DNA of 64,000 nt, from assembly GCA_963838765.1 (NCBI GenBank), contig CAWISU010000076.1:514-64513 (forward strand). Direction: 5' to 3'. Positions 8,180 to 18,888 of this stretch are shown here, in pieces (position 1 is the stretch's first letter; the number at the start of each line of letters is the position of its first letter). The notes under the pieces were generated by a model that saw nothing but the letters and a program-made list of their open reading frames with translations, was not told the DNA's origin and did no database searches. Origin of the DNA: an uncultured Acidobacteriota bacterium. GTDB taxonomy: Bacteria; Acidobacteriota; Terriglobia; Terriglobales; Acidobacteriaceae. The translations under genes and the position numbers were made by a program.

Positions 8180-10719
8180 ATGCCTCCTTCAATCCAGCAC
8201 CAAGACTCCAGCCGACAGGGAAGGTGCAAGTGTGTCCGAGCGCGAGCTCTGGGAATTATGCCGCTCATCCTAGGGGTCGCCCTGTTGCCGTGCTGCTCGC
8301 GCCAACGCGATCCTCACGCCGCTTTCGATCATGCCAGGCAAACGCTTCGGAAAGGCGACACGGTAGCTGCGGCCTCGGAGGCAGAGAAAGGCTACAAGGA
8401 TTTCCACACTATGAGCCCTGAGTGGGCATGGAGATTCGCCATCCTTCGGGCGTGGGCTCTGCACTCGCGTGGGCTGAACGATGACCTGCTAAAGCTGCTC
8501 AGCTCCGAGGTGGTCCCACCCCCCAACGCTGAATTATCCGTTCAAAAACTAAGGTGGGAAGGCGTCGCCTTCGCTTCTCTGCACAAATTCCCGGAGGCGG
8601 AACAAAAGTTCGGAGAAGCGGAGCGCATCTGCGCTGCGTCCAGCTATCCCGCCTGCGCGGATGTGGTGGACGCGCAGGGAAGACTCGAAATGGAACGCGG
8701 TCACTATGCCAAAGCCCAAAGCCTCTTCGAGCGGGTTCTCGGGTCGGCCCGCGCGAGCGGGGACCCACTGTGGGAGGCCGGCGCGCTGCTGGCTTTGAGT
8801 TGGTCCGCAGACGAGCAGACTCATTTTGACGAGGCTCTCAACTGGGCAGATGCCGCCCGTCAAATTTCTGTGGCTCAGAACTTTGGTAGCATCGCGCAAA
8901 CCGCCTCAGGCAATATGGGTTGGGCTTATTACAAGCTTGGCGATCCGGAGAAGGCATCGGAGATGTTTGTCGAGGCGGCAAAGCAGGCCGAGAAACTCGG
9001 CGACATCACGGATCAAGTAAAGTGGCTTTTAAACGTTGGGTACGTTTACCTGGATAGCCACGACTTCCCGGCTGCCGAGCTTTCCTTTCGGCAGTCGCGC
9101 GACCTTGCAGTTAAAGTCAACAGCAGAGAAGACATCATCAACGCCTTGCAGGCGCTAGCCTTCATCTCTCAGCAGACTAGTAAGCTGGATGACGCGAAAC
9201 ACTACGCCGACGAAGCGCTCTCCATGGCGAAAGCCGATGGTAATAAGCGCGACGAGGTCTATCCCCGGCTTGTGCAAGGGCAAGTTGCGGCGAAAGAGCA
9301 CGACGTTGCTGCAGCCGAGAGCGCGTTCCGCGAGGTTTCGCAGGCTGAGGATAGTCCGGTGTTTCTGAAGTGGGAGGCGGAACGGTCGCTCGCGCGGCTA
9401 TATGAAGACGAAAACCAGCCAGAGTCGGCCGAGCGGGAATACCGGACTGCGCTCAGTACCTTTGAGACCGCTCGCTCGGGGCTGAAGCATGAAGATTCCC
9501 GGCTGCCGTTTCTTACTAACGCCTCGCGTATTTACGACGACTACATTCATTTTCTTGTTTCTCGGGGAAAGACCAGCCAGGCTTTGCAAGTTGCCAATTA
9601 CAGCCGCGCCCGGACCTTGAGCGAAGGGTTGGGGCTGTTGCCGAAGGGAACCTCATTTGCCCCTGATCCGCTGAATGCGCAACAGGCCGCTGGACGCGCC
9701 GGCGGCACAATCCTTTTTTATTGGCTGGGCGAGAAGCAATCTTATCTCTGGGCGATCACGCCGCAGAAAACCAGTCTGTTTCAGCTTCCTCCCGCGGCGG
9801 AGATCGATGCGGTCGGTGCAGCGGTATCGAAAGGCGCTGGTTGGTCCGCAGGATGTTCTCGAAACTGCGAATGCCGATGGGATTGAGCTTTACAGAATGC
9901 TCGTCTCCCCGGCACGAGTGCTGCTGACGAAAGATGCGCAGGTCTTCATCATCCCGGATGGCAGCTTGAATGGTTTGAACTTTGAGACCCTGTTGGTGCC
10001 GGAACCTAAGCCGCACTATTGGATTGAAGACGCGACTATCGCCGATGCCAGTTCGCTCCGGATGCTCGCAGGGTCACAAACGCGACATGACTTAAAGACT
10101 GGCGCGGATAAACTGCTGCTCATCGGCGACGCGGTTGCGTCGAGTGCTGAATATGGCGAATTGCCAAAGGCGGGAGTGGAAATTGAAAATATCGAAAAAC
10201 ATTTTCGCGCCCGCGAAACGCGCGGTTCTTACACGAGCGCAAGCCACCGCTCCGGCTTACCTGGGGAGTGTCCCGGAACAGTTCGCGTATATCCATTTTG
10301 TGGCGCATGGCACGGCCAGCCGCCTGAGTCCGTTGGACTCCGCGGTTATATTGTCGAAGGCTTCGGCGGAGGAAGATTCTTTCAAACTGTACGCGCGAGA
10401 CATTATTCAGCGCCCCTTACATGCGGAGCTGGTGACGATTTCAACCTGCTATGGGGCGGGCGCGCGAGCCTACACAGGAGAAGGATTGGTGGGACTCTCG
10501 TGGGCATTCCTGCGGGCGGGCGCGCACAACGTGATCGGCGCGCTGTGGGAAGTGAGCGATGCTTCGACCCCCCGGCTTATGGACCAACTGTATGGCGAAC
10601 TGAAGCGGGGCCGAAGTCCACAAGCGGCACTGCGTTCGGCGAAGCTTTCTTTACTGCACTCTGATGACTTCCGCAAGCCCTTCTACTGGGCGCCGTTTCA
10701 GCTCTACAGCGGTACGTAG
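8180..10719 (+). pseudogene. TPR-repeat / CHAT-domain (caspase-like protease) protein, about 846 aa if joined, frame broken twice (+1 each)
   Basis: ORF 8180-9886 is TPR-rich with a hydrophobic N-terminus MPLILGVALLPCCS (internal ATG at 8258). The reading continues in ORF 9675-10664 (VQRYRKALVGPQDVLETANADGIELYRMLVSP...LLLIGDAV) and then in ORF 10135-10719, which carries the CHAT catalytic dyad context YIHFVAHG (His codon 10306-10308) and VTISTCYGAG (Cys codon 10447-10449). Confidence 0.75.
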
Positions 10720-10959
10720 GAACTGCGATGAGGGGGAGCACTGTTGCCTTAAAGGGTTCATCCGTGTCCGCTCAGGGTTTCGAAAACCTCAAAGCGCTGG
10801 TTCAGGAGAGCTTGAATAAAGTAAGACTGACAATCAGTTAGCGATTGGCGGTCACGGCGATTGCAGTTTTAGCGAAAACATTTGCACTGTTCCCAAGGCA
10901 CTCCATTTTTCATATAATTGGGCACCGCAGATGCCCCCGCATCGCTAAGGGGATCGAAA

Positions 10960-11145
10960 ATGCATTGGCTCCAGCTATTTATATTGGGATGGATTTCATT
11001 TGGGCTTACAACGGTCATTTTGATGTTCTGGTTGTGTAAGCGAACTGCCGCAGTCCAAAGAGATACGGCCAAAGCGGCTTTACTTTCCCCGGAGCGGGCT
11101 GAGTTTGCCGCGAGCGAACTGTCCAGCGAGTTGCGTTCCGCCTGA
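10960..11145 (+). CDS. small single-pass membrane protein (61 aa), hypothetical
   Basis: Internal ATG of ORF 10918-11145, preceded by AAGGGGA about 6 nt upstream. The product is MHWLQLFILGWISFGLTTVILMFWLCKR plus a charged tail. There is no family signal. Confidence 0.3.
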   Translation: MHWLQLFILGWISFGLTTVILMFWLCKRTAAVQRDTAKAALLSPERAEFAASELSSELRSA

Positions 11146-11297
11146 TTTGCTGAGTCGCGCTGTTCTCTCGTCATTTGCGCCTGAGGCTCGGTATTTGGAT
11201 AATGTATGCAGGCGCGCCATATCTGGGGGCTAAGACGCTCGGACGCCATCTCACCCGGTAGTGCTAACATTTAGCCATCGCAGCCGTCTTAGCTGTC

Positions 11298-13755
11298 ATG
11301 AAATCTGCCAACCTGGTGCAGTATTTTCGGCACTCTTTCCGCTTATTGCGGAGATCGCCCGTGTTTTCCGCGGTGGTGATTCTCATGCTCGCGCTTGGAA
11401 TTGGCGCGAACACGGCGGTGTTCAGCGTGGTGGACGGAGTTCTGCTGCGAAAGCTTCCCTACCGCGATCCGGATCGTCTGGTCATGGTCTGGGAAAAGAA
11501 CCCTGCGCTGGGGACGTCGATTGGCGAGCGCATCCCTGCAGCTTATACGAACTTCGCTGAATGGGTGAGCCAATCCACGGCCTTCGAGGGCATCGCGGGC
11601 ATGGAAGACGCGAACCTGAACCGCACCGGCGGTGGCGAACCGGAGCGCGTAAACGGGGCACGAATTTCACCGAACTTCTTCCAAGTGCTGGGAGTGAACT
11701 CGGCTATCGGCACTACTTTCGACTCAGTCGAGCAGGGATCCCGTGACACCCAGGTGGCCATTCTGAGCGCCGCCTATTGGGAGAGCCATTTCGGCGGAAG
11801 GCGCGATGTCATTGGCCAAACTGTCACGCTTAATGACGTTCCTTACACCATTGTTGGCGTGCTCCCAGCGCATTTCTATTTGCCGTCCACGCGAGAAGGC
11901 ACCGAGCAGCGAAAGCCCGACATCTGGATTCCTTATGAGCCCATGGCGCAGCGCACTACGCTGGAATTGAACCGACTGAAGGTGCAGGTCTACGCACGAT
12001 TGCGTCCGGGCATTTCGCTGGAGCAGGCGCGGGCAGAAATGGATGTGATTGGCAAGCGCTTGGAAGAGCAGATCCCCACTCTCAATTCTGGCTTTGGGGT
12101 AAATATTTTTCCCGTGTACGTCGAGGATGTAGGCAAGGATCTGCGCCGCAACCTTCTCGTGCTGTTGTCGGCGGTGGGTTTGATTCTGCTGATCGCATGC
12201 GCAAATCTGGCGAATCTGGTATTGACGCGTGCGATGGCGCGGCAGAAAGAGCTGGCAGTCCGCAAGGCGCTCGGGGCAAGCCGATCGGAATTGATCGCGC
12301 AGATGGTCGTGGAAAGCCTGGTTCTCAGTTCGATTGGAGGGTTGCTCGGTTTGCTGGTGACGCGCTGGGGAATTCGAGCTATTCTCGCGCTCAAGCCAGC
12401 GGACATTCTGCGCCCGGAACAAATTCATATAGGCATTCCGGTGCTGCTGTTTACGACCGGGGTCAGCATACTTGCGGGCATGCTCTTCGGGATTTTTCCT
12501 GCGTTGTATGTTTCGCGCACCGAGGTTATTACGGTTTTGAATCAGGGCGCGCAATTGACTCGGACCCATCCGCGAATCATGCGTGCGGCTCTCATCGTGA
12601 TCGAAGTCAGTTTGGCCTCGGTGCTGTTGATCGGGGCTGGATTTATGATTCGCAGCCTGCTTTCGGCGCTCGACGTCGACCCGGGGTTTCGTCCGGATCA
12701 TTTGTTGACCATGCATTTCAGCATGCCGCCCGATCGTTACTCGAGCAAGTGAGCAGACAGCTGCATTCTGCCGTCAGGCATTGGAGCGAATCGCGGCGCT
12801 ACCCGGGGTTAATGCCGCCAGCTTTGCCGATGGCTTGCCGCTGACCCGGATTCGTCTGATGCGATTCACGGTCGAGGGCCAGGCAGTTCCTAAGCGCGGA
12901 AGTGAGCCAACAGCAGACATGCGCGGGATCAGTTCGCCGTCGTACTTCGGGACTTTGGGGATCTCGCTGGTTAGCGGCAGAAACTTCACCGTGGATGAAA
13001 TCAATCAAAACCTTCCGGTGATCGTGGTGAATCAGACGCTCGCGAAAAAGCTGTGGCCAAATCAAGAAGCGATCGGCAAACATATCTGGAGCGTTCCGGC
13101 CAGAGCGGAAAAAGTGCCGGTGGAGTTGACGGTGATCGGAGTGGTGCGCGATACGCGGCAGATGTCTGTCGAGAGTGCGACGCGACCGGAGATTACGCGG
13201 CCCATGCAGGACTACACCTACTTGACGCTTGCGGTTCGCAGCGCCGCGGATCCGACCTTGCTGACGGCGAGCGTCAAGCGGCAGATTTGGGCCCTCGACA
13301 AAGACCTGCCGGTGTTCGACGTGCTGACCATGCAAGATGTTCTCGACGACAACCTCGGACAGCGCCGCTTCGATTCATTTCTCATGAGCATCTTCGGGGG
13401 GCTTGCGCTCGTGCTGGCTTGTGTTGGCATTTATGGCGTGCTCGCTACCACGGTGGCGCAGCAGACTCGTGAAATCGGGGTTCGAATGGCTCTGGGTGCA
13501 CGCCGGGGCGATGTGCTCAGAATGATTATGGGGCAGGGTTTGCGATGGGTATCGATTGGCCTGCTTATCGGTTTGACTTTGGGATTTTTGCTGACGCGAA
13601 TGCTCGCGAGCCTCTTGTTCGGGGTTGGCCCCTCGAACCTGCTCACCTATATCGCCGTCAGCGCTGTTATGCTCGCGGTGGCAGCGGTGGCCTGTTACTT
13701 GCCGGCTGTTCGTGCCATCAGGATCGATCCCATGCGGGCTTTACGCTACGAATAG
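11298..13755 (+). pseudogene. ADOP-family (MacB-like, duplicated FtsX) ABC transporter permease, one +1 frame break near 12744-12752
   Basis: ORF 11298-12752 contains MacB periplasmic core plus FtsX half 1 (MKSANLVQYFRHSFRLLRRSPVFSAVVILMLALGIGANTAVFSVVDGVLL...). After ...PPDRYSSK* the reading continues in the +1 frame as SEQTAAFCRQALERIAALPGVNAASFADGLPL... (ORF 12781-13755), which contains the second core plus FtsX half. Confidence 0.8.
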
Positions 13756-13780
13756 GTTGACAAGGGCGCGTACTAGTCTC

Positions 13781-14233
13781 CTACCGGGGATACGCTCCTG
13801 AAATGTAGCCTTCCAACTCCTGAATGGTGTGCGCCTGACCAGAGATGATCCACTTCACCAAGTCGCCGAGTGAAACTACTCCGGCGACAGCGTCGTTTTC
13901 CACGACCGGCAAATGGCGAAAACGGTGCTTGGTCATAATGGACATACACTCGTCGACGGTGTGCTGCGGGCTCACGAACACAACTGGTGTGGTCATGATC
14001 TGGCGGACCAGGGTTTCCTTGGAAGAATGGCCCATGAGGATTACTTTGCGCGCGTAGTCACGCTCCGAGAGAATACCGACGAGTTTGTGGTTGGAAATGA
14101 CGACTAAGGCGCCAATACCGTACTCGGCCATCTTCTCAATCGCTTCATAAACCGACTGATCGGGCTCTATTGACAAAACTCTATTCTCGTCTTTGCTGTT
14201 GAGCACCGATGCAATCGGGTCGGTAAGTTTCAT
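13781..14233 (-). CDS. CBS-domain pair protein
   Basis: 150-aa ORF with two CBS motifs (..[33 protein letters not shown].. and ..[33 protein letters not shown]..). Confidence 0.85.
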   Translation of the reverse strand: MKLTDPIASVLNSKDENRVLSIEPDQSVYEAIEKMAEYGIGALVVISNHKLVGILSERDYARKVILMGHSSKETLVRQIMTTPVVFVSPQHTVDECMSIMTKHRFRHLPVVENDAVAGVVSLGDLVKWIISGQAHTIQELEGYISGAYPR

Positions 14234-14254
14234 CAGGCCTCCTAGGGCATGTGG

Positions 14255-14728
14255 TCACTTGCCGGTCCGCGAATCCCAAACCGGCTTGCCTTTGTCGTCA
14301 CGGAACATAAGTGTGTCGGCACCCTTCACGAGTTCTCGAGCGAGGATCACGTCCAACGCTTCCTGCTTGACCTTTGAACCGGTGACGGCGATCTCGTCTC
14401 CCTTGGTGAAGCTGATGCCCATCTCCTCCTGAAATGGTTTGGGGCACACGTAGATGTGCAGCTTGTCGTCTCCGCTTTTGATGATCAGTTCCGTGAAGTC
14501 TTTCCTGGTTCCCATAGGGAGCAGATTTATTTCGTCCACCACCCCTTTGGTTTTCGTCTCTGTAGTGAGGTCATACTTCGGCAGGTTAGCGTCCTCTTGG
14601 TGGGCTTTTTGCGAGAGGCCTGGTGTCACGCACAAAAGCGTCACGCACAAAAGCAGAAACAAGGAGAGATGGAAAAGTGCTTTGTTGGCTTTGTGTGGCG
14701 CAGTGGAGATTTGCAGACGGAGTAGCAC
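14255..14728 (-). CDS. secreted hypothetical protein
   Basis: 157-aa ORF with an N-terminal hydrophobic signal-like segment (LSLFLLLCVTLLCVTPGLSQ). No catalytic motif was recognised. Confidence 0.55.
   Translation of the reverse strand: MLLRLQISTAPHKANKALFHLSLFLLLCVTLLCVTPGLSQKAHQEDANLPKYDLTTETKTKGVVDEINLLPMGTRKDFTELIIKSGDDKLHIYVCPKPFQEEMGISFTKGDEIAVTGSKVKQEALDVILARELVKGADTLMFRDDKGKPVWDSRTGK
14625..14654. repeat. perfect tandem duplication, 2 x 15 bp (gtcacgcacaaaagc)
   Basis: Read directly from the sequence. It lies inside the signal-peptide coding part of the 14255-14728 gene and encodes LLCVT-LLCVT. Confidence 0.9.
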
Positions 14729-15002
14729 GGCTCCTCCTCACGGTTCACGGAAACTCAATGCGGAGGACGAGGTGCTTCTCTATCTGCGCCACGGCCCAGA
14801 GAAAGATATGCATCGGTTCCCGGATTGCCTGATAGTTCGCTTACGATAAGGCCGTTATCCAGTCACTTTCCAGGAAGACAGAAGAATCGTACACCCGCGG
14901 GGCTATGGTTGGCCAGATTTGTGAGAGCATGGCGGTGGGCTAAGTCGGCATTTGTGTCATTGAAGGACGGGTGTCTCGCCCGTTCAGCCGGGCGGGAAAT
15001 GC

Positions 15003-15079
15003 TGGAGGCCCCGGGCGGAGTCGAACCGCCGACCAACGGTTTAGGAAACCGCTGCTCTATCCAACTGAGCTACGGGGCC
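15003..15079 (-). tRNA. tRNA-Arg (anticodon CCT), CCA encoded
   Basis: The reverse complement is ggccccgtagctcagttggatagagcagcggtttCCTaaaccgttggtcggcggttcgactccgcccggggcctcca. The cloverleaf arms all pair: acceptor ggccccg/cggggcc, D gctc/gagc and T ggcgg/ccgcc. Confidence 0.9.
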
Positions 15080-15212
15080 AATAGTCATAACCTTTGAGGT
15101 TACATTAGTTTACAGCAATTGATTGGGCCGAACCCACCCCGCAAGCGAGCTAGGCCTATTCCAATCTCGAGCTAACGTGCACGACCCCGTTTTCCCTGGA
15201 ATCTTGCGCGCC

Positions 15213-16352
15213 TCACTCGACGACTGCAAGAGCTCGATTTTTCTCCAGCCGATCAAGAACAGCGTGCACGTCGTCCAACGTGTTATACAGATGAAACGAC
15301 ACGCGCAAGCCATCCATCCGATTGGATACGACGATATTTTCAGCCGCCATCTTCTTTACCATCGCTTCAGCATCTTTCATTTGCAGGACAACCAAGGGGC
15401 CGACGCCTTCGGCCGGCGTCTTCACCTTAATCTTCAGGTCACGAGCGCCGTCCGTCAGCGCGCGGGTCAGGGACTTGATATGCTGCGCGGTCTTTTTGCG
15501 TCCAAAATCATCGAGCAATTTGAGGGCGGCCGTTGCGGTGTAGGCGTGCGGTAGCGGAGGAGAGCCCGTTTCAAAACGGCGGGCGGTGGTGGCCGGATCG
15601 AAATGTTTGACATCAAACGCAAACGGATTCTGCTGGGCAAACCAGCCGGTGATTGTCGGAGTCAGTGCGGAGATCAATTCGGGCCGCACGTACAAAAACG
15701 CGATCCCGGACGGGCAAAGAAGATATTTGAGCGCTCCACTCACGTAGAAATCCACATCAAGCGCCTTGACATCAATCGGCCGGGTTCCGCAATCCTGATA
15801 GTCGTCGAGCATGACCAAAGCCCCACGTTCATGCGCCTGCTCGACGATGGGGACGACCTCCGACCGAAAACCGTTCATGAAGCAGACGTGGGTCAGTGGC
15901 ACGATGAGTGTTTGATCATCAATCGCGCGCGAATAGCAGTCCGCGCATATTTTGCCATTCTGGGCCGCGAGGAATTCGACTTCGGCGCCCCGACGCTCCT
16001 GAGCGAGCCAGATTTGCCCCATCGTGGGAAATTCGAATTCACCCATGACGACTTTTCGGCGCTTGCCAAAATCGAGAGCGCTCGCAATGGAATTGATCCC
16101 GGCGGAGGCGCTGGTGACGACCGCGACTTCCTCGGGAGCGGCCCCGATGAAGCGCGCGAATGCAGTCCGCGCCGCTTCGTACTCTTCGACCCAGCGGTCC
16201 CACGGGGACCCGTGTTCGTGCCAGGAGCGGATGTGCGCCTGCATTGACGCTTCCACCGCATCACTCAAGGCTCCCTGCGAACAGGAATTCAAGTAGACTT
16301 TGTTCTTGAAGATGGGAAAATGTGCACGGGCGGATTCAATCTCGATAGACAA
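15213..16352 (-). CDS. class V aminotransferase / cysteine-desulfurase-like PLP enzyme
   Basis: 379-aa ORF with the PLP-lysine context FYVSGALKYLLCPSGIAFLY and a fold-type I layout. Confidence 0.8.
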   Translation of the reverse strand: MSIEIESARAHFPIFKNKVYLNSCSQGALSDAVEASMQAHIRSWHEHGSPWDRWVEEYEAARTAFARFIGAAPEEVAVVTSASAGINSIASALDFGKRRKVVMGEFEFPTMGQIWLAQERRGAEVEFLAAQNGKICADCYSRAIDDQTLIVPLTHVCFMNGFRSEVVPIVEQAHERGALVMLDDYQDCGTRPIDVKALDVDFYVSGALKYLLCPSGIAFLYVRPELISALTPTITGWFAQQNPFAFDVKHFDPATTARRFETGSPPLPHAYTATAALKLLDDFGRKKTAQHIKSLTRALTDGARDLKIKVKTPAEGVGPLVVLQMKDAEAMVKKMAAENIVVSNRMDGLRVSFHLYNTLDDVHAVLDRLEKNRALAVVE

Positions 16353-16487
16353 ATATTTGACCTCGAATCAAGATAAGAAACGAACGCAAAACTGCAGCTG
16401 TTTAGTCCGGCCCTCGGAGTTTTACATCAAACGCGACTAACATGGGACACACGCTCTTAATGGCTACCTACAGCATGGGGGATTCGA

Positions 16488-16910
16488 ATGAAACGCCGCG
16501 ACTCTAAGTCGACGCGAAAAAACAAAACGAACTCGGAATCCGCGATTGTGAATAAGGTCATCCGCCTTGAAAAGCGCGTATGGAAGACTGCACAGGAGCG
16601 AGACGCTGATAGATTCCGGAAACTTGTGCCCACCGATGCCATCATGATCTTCCAATCGGGAGTCGTGCCTCAGCCAGAGTATTTGGCAACCATGAATGAA
16701 CGAACCATCTCGCGCTATGAACTCCGCCGTTTTCGCGGCTTTATGCCAAACTCAAAAACCGTAATCCTCTACTATGAGGCTCTGCGCCTGGGCGAAGAAG
16801 CCGGCAAAACGTTCCCCGAAGGGGCAGTCATCGAGAGCACAACCTGGATCAAGCGAGGCGCTCGCTGGGTTGCCATTCTGAATCAGGAAACGCCGGTCGC
16901 CAAGAGCTAG
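16488..16910 (+). CDS. NTF2/SnoaL-like (DUF4440-type) small protein
   Basis: 140 aa. The pattern ..VWKTAQERDADRFRKLVPTDAIMIF...GARWVAILNQETP is typical of the SnoaL/DUF4440 fold. This is a weak motif-level call. Confidence 0.5.
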   Translation: MKRRDSKSTRKNKTNSESAIVNKVIRLEKRVWKTAQERDADRFRKLVPTDAIMIFQSGVVPQPEYLATMNERTISRYELRRFRGFMPNSKTVILYYEALRLGEEAGKTFPEGAVIESTTWIKRGARWVAILNQETPVAKS

Positions 16911-16977
16911 CTCTGCCACAAAACCACACCTCCTCGGGGACAACACGTTTTGGAAGCCGCAACTCCAGTCCGTCCCG

Positions 16978-18888
16978 CTAATTCACTACCGGCCCTGTCA
17001 GTGGTTTGAGAATCTCGTCCAGATAATCCGGAGTATCCTTAACCCGCTCCAGGTGGGGAAACTGATTGCCGCCATGGTAATCAAGTTTGTGGTGCTCTAA
17101 CTTTCCTGCCCTCTCGATTTGAAGCTCGATCGCAGTGGAATTTGATTTGGAATCCCGAATCGCACGCCTCATTTCTTCCATGGAAAACGCAAGCCCGTTG
17201 ATGCCGATAATTTTCGAGTATGGACTAAGTCCACTCTCAAATGCGGGCATCCCGGGGATAGCGTCAACGATTGCACCGTCGCGCTTTACGCGGAGTCCGA
17301 TCGAAGATGTGAAGTCGCCGCTTCCCGACAGATCATCCTCCGCCGATTGAATTTCGTTTGGATCATCGTTGTACACGAGCCGCCAACCTCCGCCGGATAT
17401 CCCGCCCAGCGGGGCATTGGCAGCGGTAGAATCCAGGCGCGAGCGAAAAAACGATGCCCAGTCATAGGCAGCGATGCCATTCAGGGTCGATACCAGATCC
17501 TCGAACGTGTAGGTCTCGATAACGGGTTGACCCTCGTGTCCGGCATAGAAGGCGTGGCAGAAGTCGTCCATGGATTTTCGATCGCCGGTGAGCTTGCGAA
17601 GGGTTGTGTCGACCTCGAGCCAGATCAGAACCGCTTCAGGATAGAAATCTGTTCCCCGGCGATACGACGACCACTCGTGAACACTGAAATACAAAATCTG
17701 CGCGGCGTTCGCCGTGTTCTGCAGTGAACGCCAGCGGCGGCCAGCCCGGTGCTCCATTGTCGAAGCGACCAGTGCGATCCGGTCGTGCGACTGCGCTGCC
17801 GTCATAAGTCCGCTGCGAGCGGTGAGCACTGTGCCCAAATATTCGGTCAGGCCCTCGTAGACCCACAAAAGTTCGCCCTTCATAGGCTGCTGGAAATCCG
17901 GCGTCGCCAAACCCTCTGGCCGGCGGTATTGCCCATTCCAGGAGTGTGAAAACTCATGGGGAAAAAGTCCCGCCATCAGCAGCCGCGCATTTGGATCAAC
18001 CAGCGTGTGCTGTTTTACGCGATCGTCGCTGCTTTCGTGATGCTCCTGCCCGAGTTCCATTACGTTGTCGCTCAGGGTCAGCAGAAAATGGTAATCGCGA
18101 AAATGATGGGACTGATAAAGAGCGCCTGCTTCCGCTACCAGTTGTTTGTAGCGTTCGATCAATTCGGATGGAACATCGAGCGCCCATGCGTCATCAGAGA
18201 GCACATCCAATTCCTGGGGAGGGCTGCCGCTTGCATTGAGAGGAAAAGTCCGCATGAACTCACCCGACTGCACGGGCGAATCGACCAGCAGATCGAGTGG
18301 GACAGGCGAGAATGAGATCGTGCTGCCGGATTGGTTGCTGACCGGTAGGGAGGTGCTGAATTTCCATTGGCCCGGCAGCGTTAGAGTCGGATGAAAGATG
18401 AGATCAGCGGCGGCCCAGCCTTTTGGATAAAGAACAACCTGGTTCCACATCAGGATGAAAAGATTGGCAGCTCCGGAGGCACTGAAATCAATGGTCGGGC
18501 CGGGAGCCGAAATCAGAAAATCCAGCGCAGCGTCGATCGAGGTTGTTCCGGTAGGCACGTTGACATTGAAGGCATACATATCCACGTCATCCTGTTGCCA
18601 AGGAATCTCCTGCGTACCGGAAAAAAACTTGAGGCCCACCAGGTTCCAGACCGGGCCGTCCGGCGAGTGGTCTGCCGGCATCCACTTCGGATAGTAAAGC
18701 GTGAGCGGCCCGGAATGGACCGGGAACACAAGTTTCGCGTGCAGGATCCGCTGCGAGACCTGCGTCGCATCGACGGATATTGCAATCGCGCCCGGAGGAG
18801 CTGTAGCCGCACTCGCCGCTACACACAGGGGCGCAACCAGCGCGATTGCCAGAGAAAACAGGCTCGCGAATTTCCTGCCATCAATCAT
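16978..18888 (-). CDS. M61 family glycyl aminopeptidase with C-terminal PDZ domain, secreted
   Basis: 636 aa with a signal peptide (FSLAIALVAPLCVAASA), the zincin motif HEFSHSWNG and a C-terminal PDZ-like segment (..GIIGINGLAFSMEEMRRAI..). Confidence 0.85.
   Translation of the reverse strand: MIDGRKFASLFSLAIALVAPLCVAASAATAPPGAIAISVDATQVSQRILHAKLVFPVHSGPLTLYYPKWMPADHSPDGPVWNLVGLKFFSGTQEIPWQQDDVDMYAFNVNVPTGTTSIDAALDFLISAPGPTIDFSASGAANLFILMWNQVVLYPKGWAAADLIFHPTLTLPGQWKFSTSLPVSNQSGSTISFSPVPLDLLVDSPVQSGEFMRTFPLNASGSPPQELDVLSDDAWALDVPSELIERYKQLVAEAGALYQSHHFRDYHFLLTLSDNVMELGQEHHESSDDRVKQHTLVDPNARLLMAGLFPHEFSHSWNGQYRRPEGLATPDFQQPMKGELLWVYEGLTEYLGTVLTARSGLMTAAQSHDRIALVASTMEHRAGRRWRSLQNTANAAQILYFSVHEWSSYRRGTDFYPEAVLIWLEVDTTLRKLTGDRKSMDDFCHAFYAGHEGQPVIETYTFEDLVSTLNGIAAYDWASFFRSRLDSTAANAPLGGISGGGWRLVYNDDPNEIQSAEDDLSGSGDFTSSIGLRVKRDGAIVDAIPGMPAFESGLSPYSKIIGINGLAFSMEEMRRAIRDSKSNSTAIELQIERAGKLEHHKLDYHGGNQFPHLERVKDTPDYLDEILKPLTGPVVN

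Noticed and set aside
10869-11270. 133-aa minus-strand ORF in the CHAT-ADOP intergenic region
   Set aside because: It has no RBS, no motif and no coherent hydrophobic pattern. The opposite-strand 61-aa TM ORF with an SD is the marginally better candidate, and both are weak.
11724-12716. 330-aa minus-strand ORF, plus the nested ORFs at 11990-12406 and 12082-12279
   Set aside because: They are antisense to the ADOP permease, and the translation is Arg/His/Gln-rich with no hydrophobic structure.
5990-12760. Programmed +1 ribosomal frameshifting as an explanation for the frame breaks
   Set aside because: No shared slippery or stall motif (such as CUU-UGA-C) is present at the sites. The breaks occur in unrelated gene families, and one gene needs two of them. 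Indel error or pseudogenisation is far more parsimonious.
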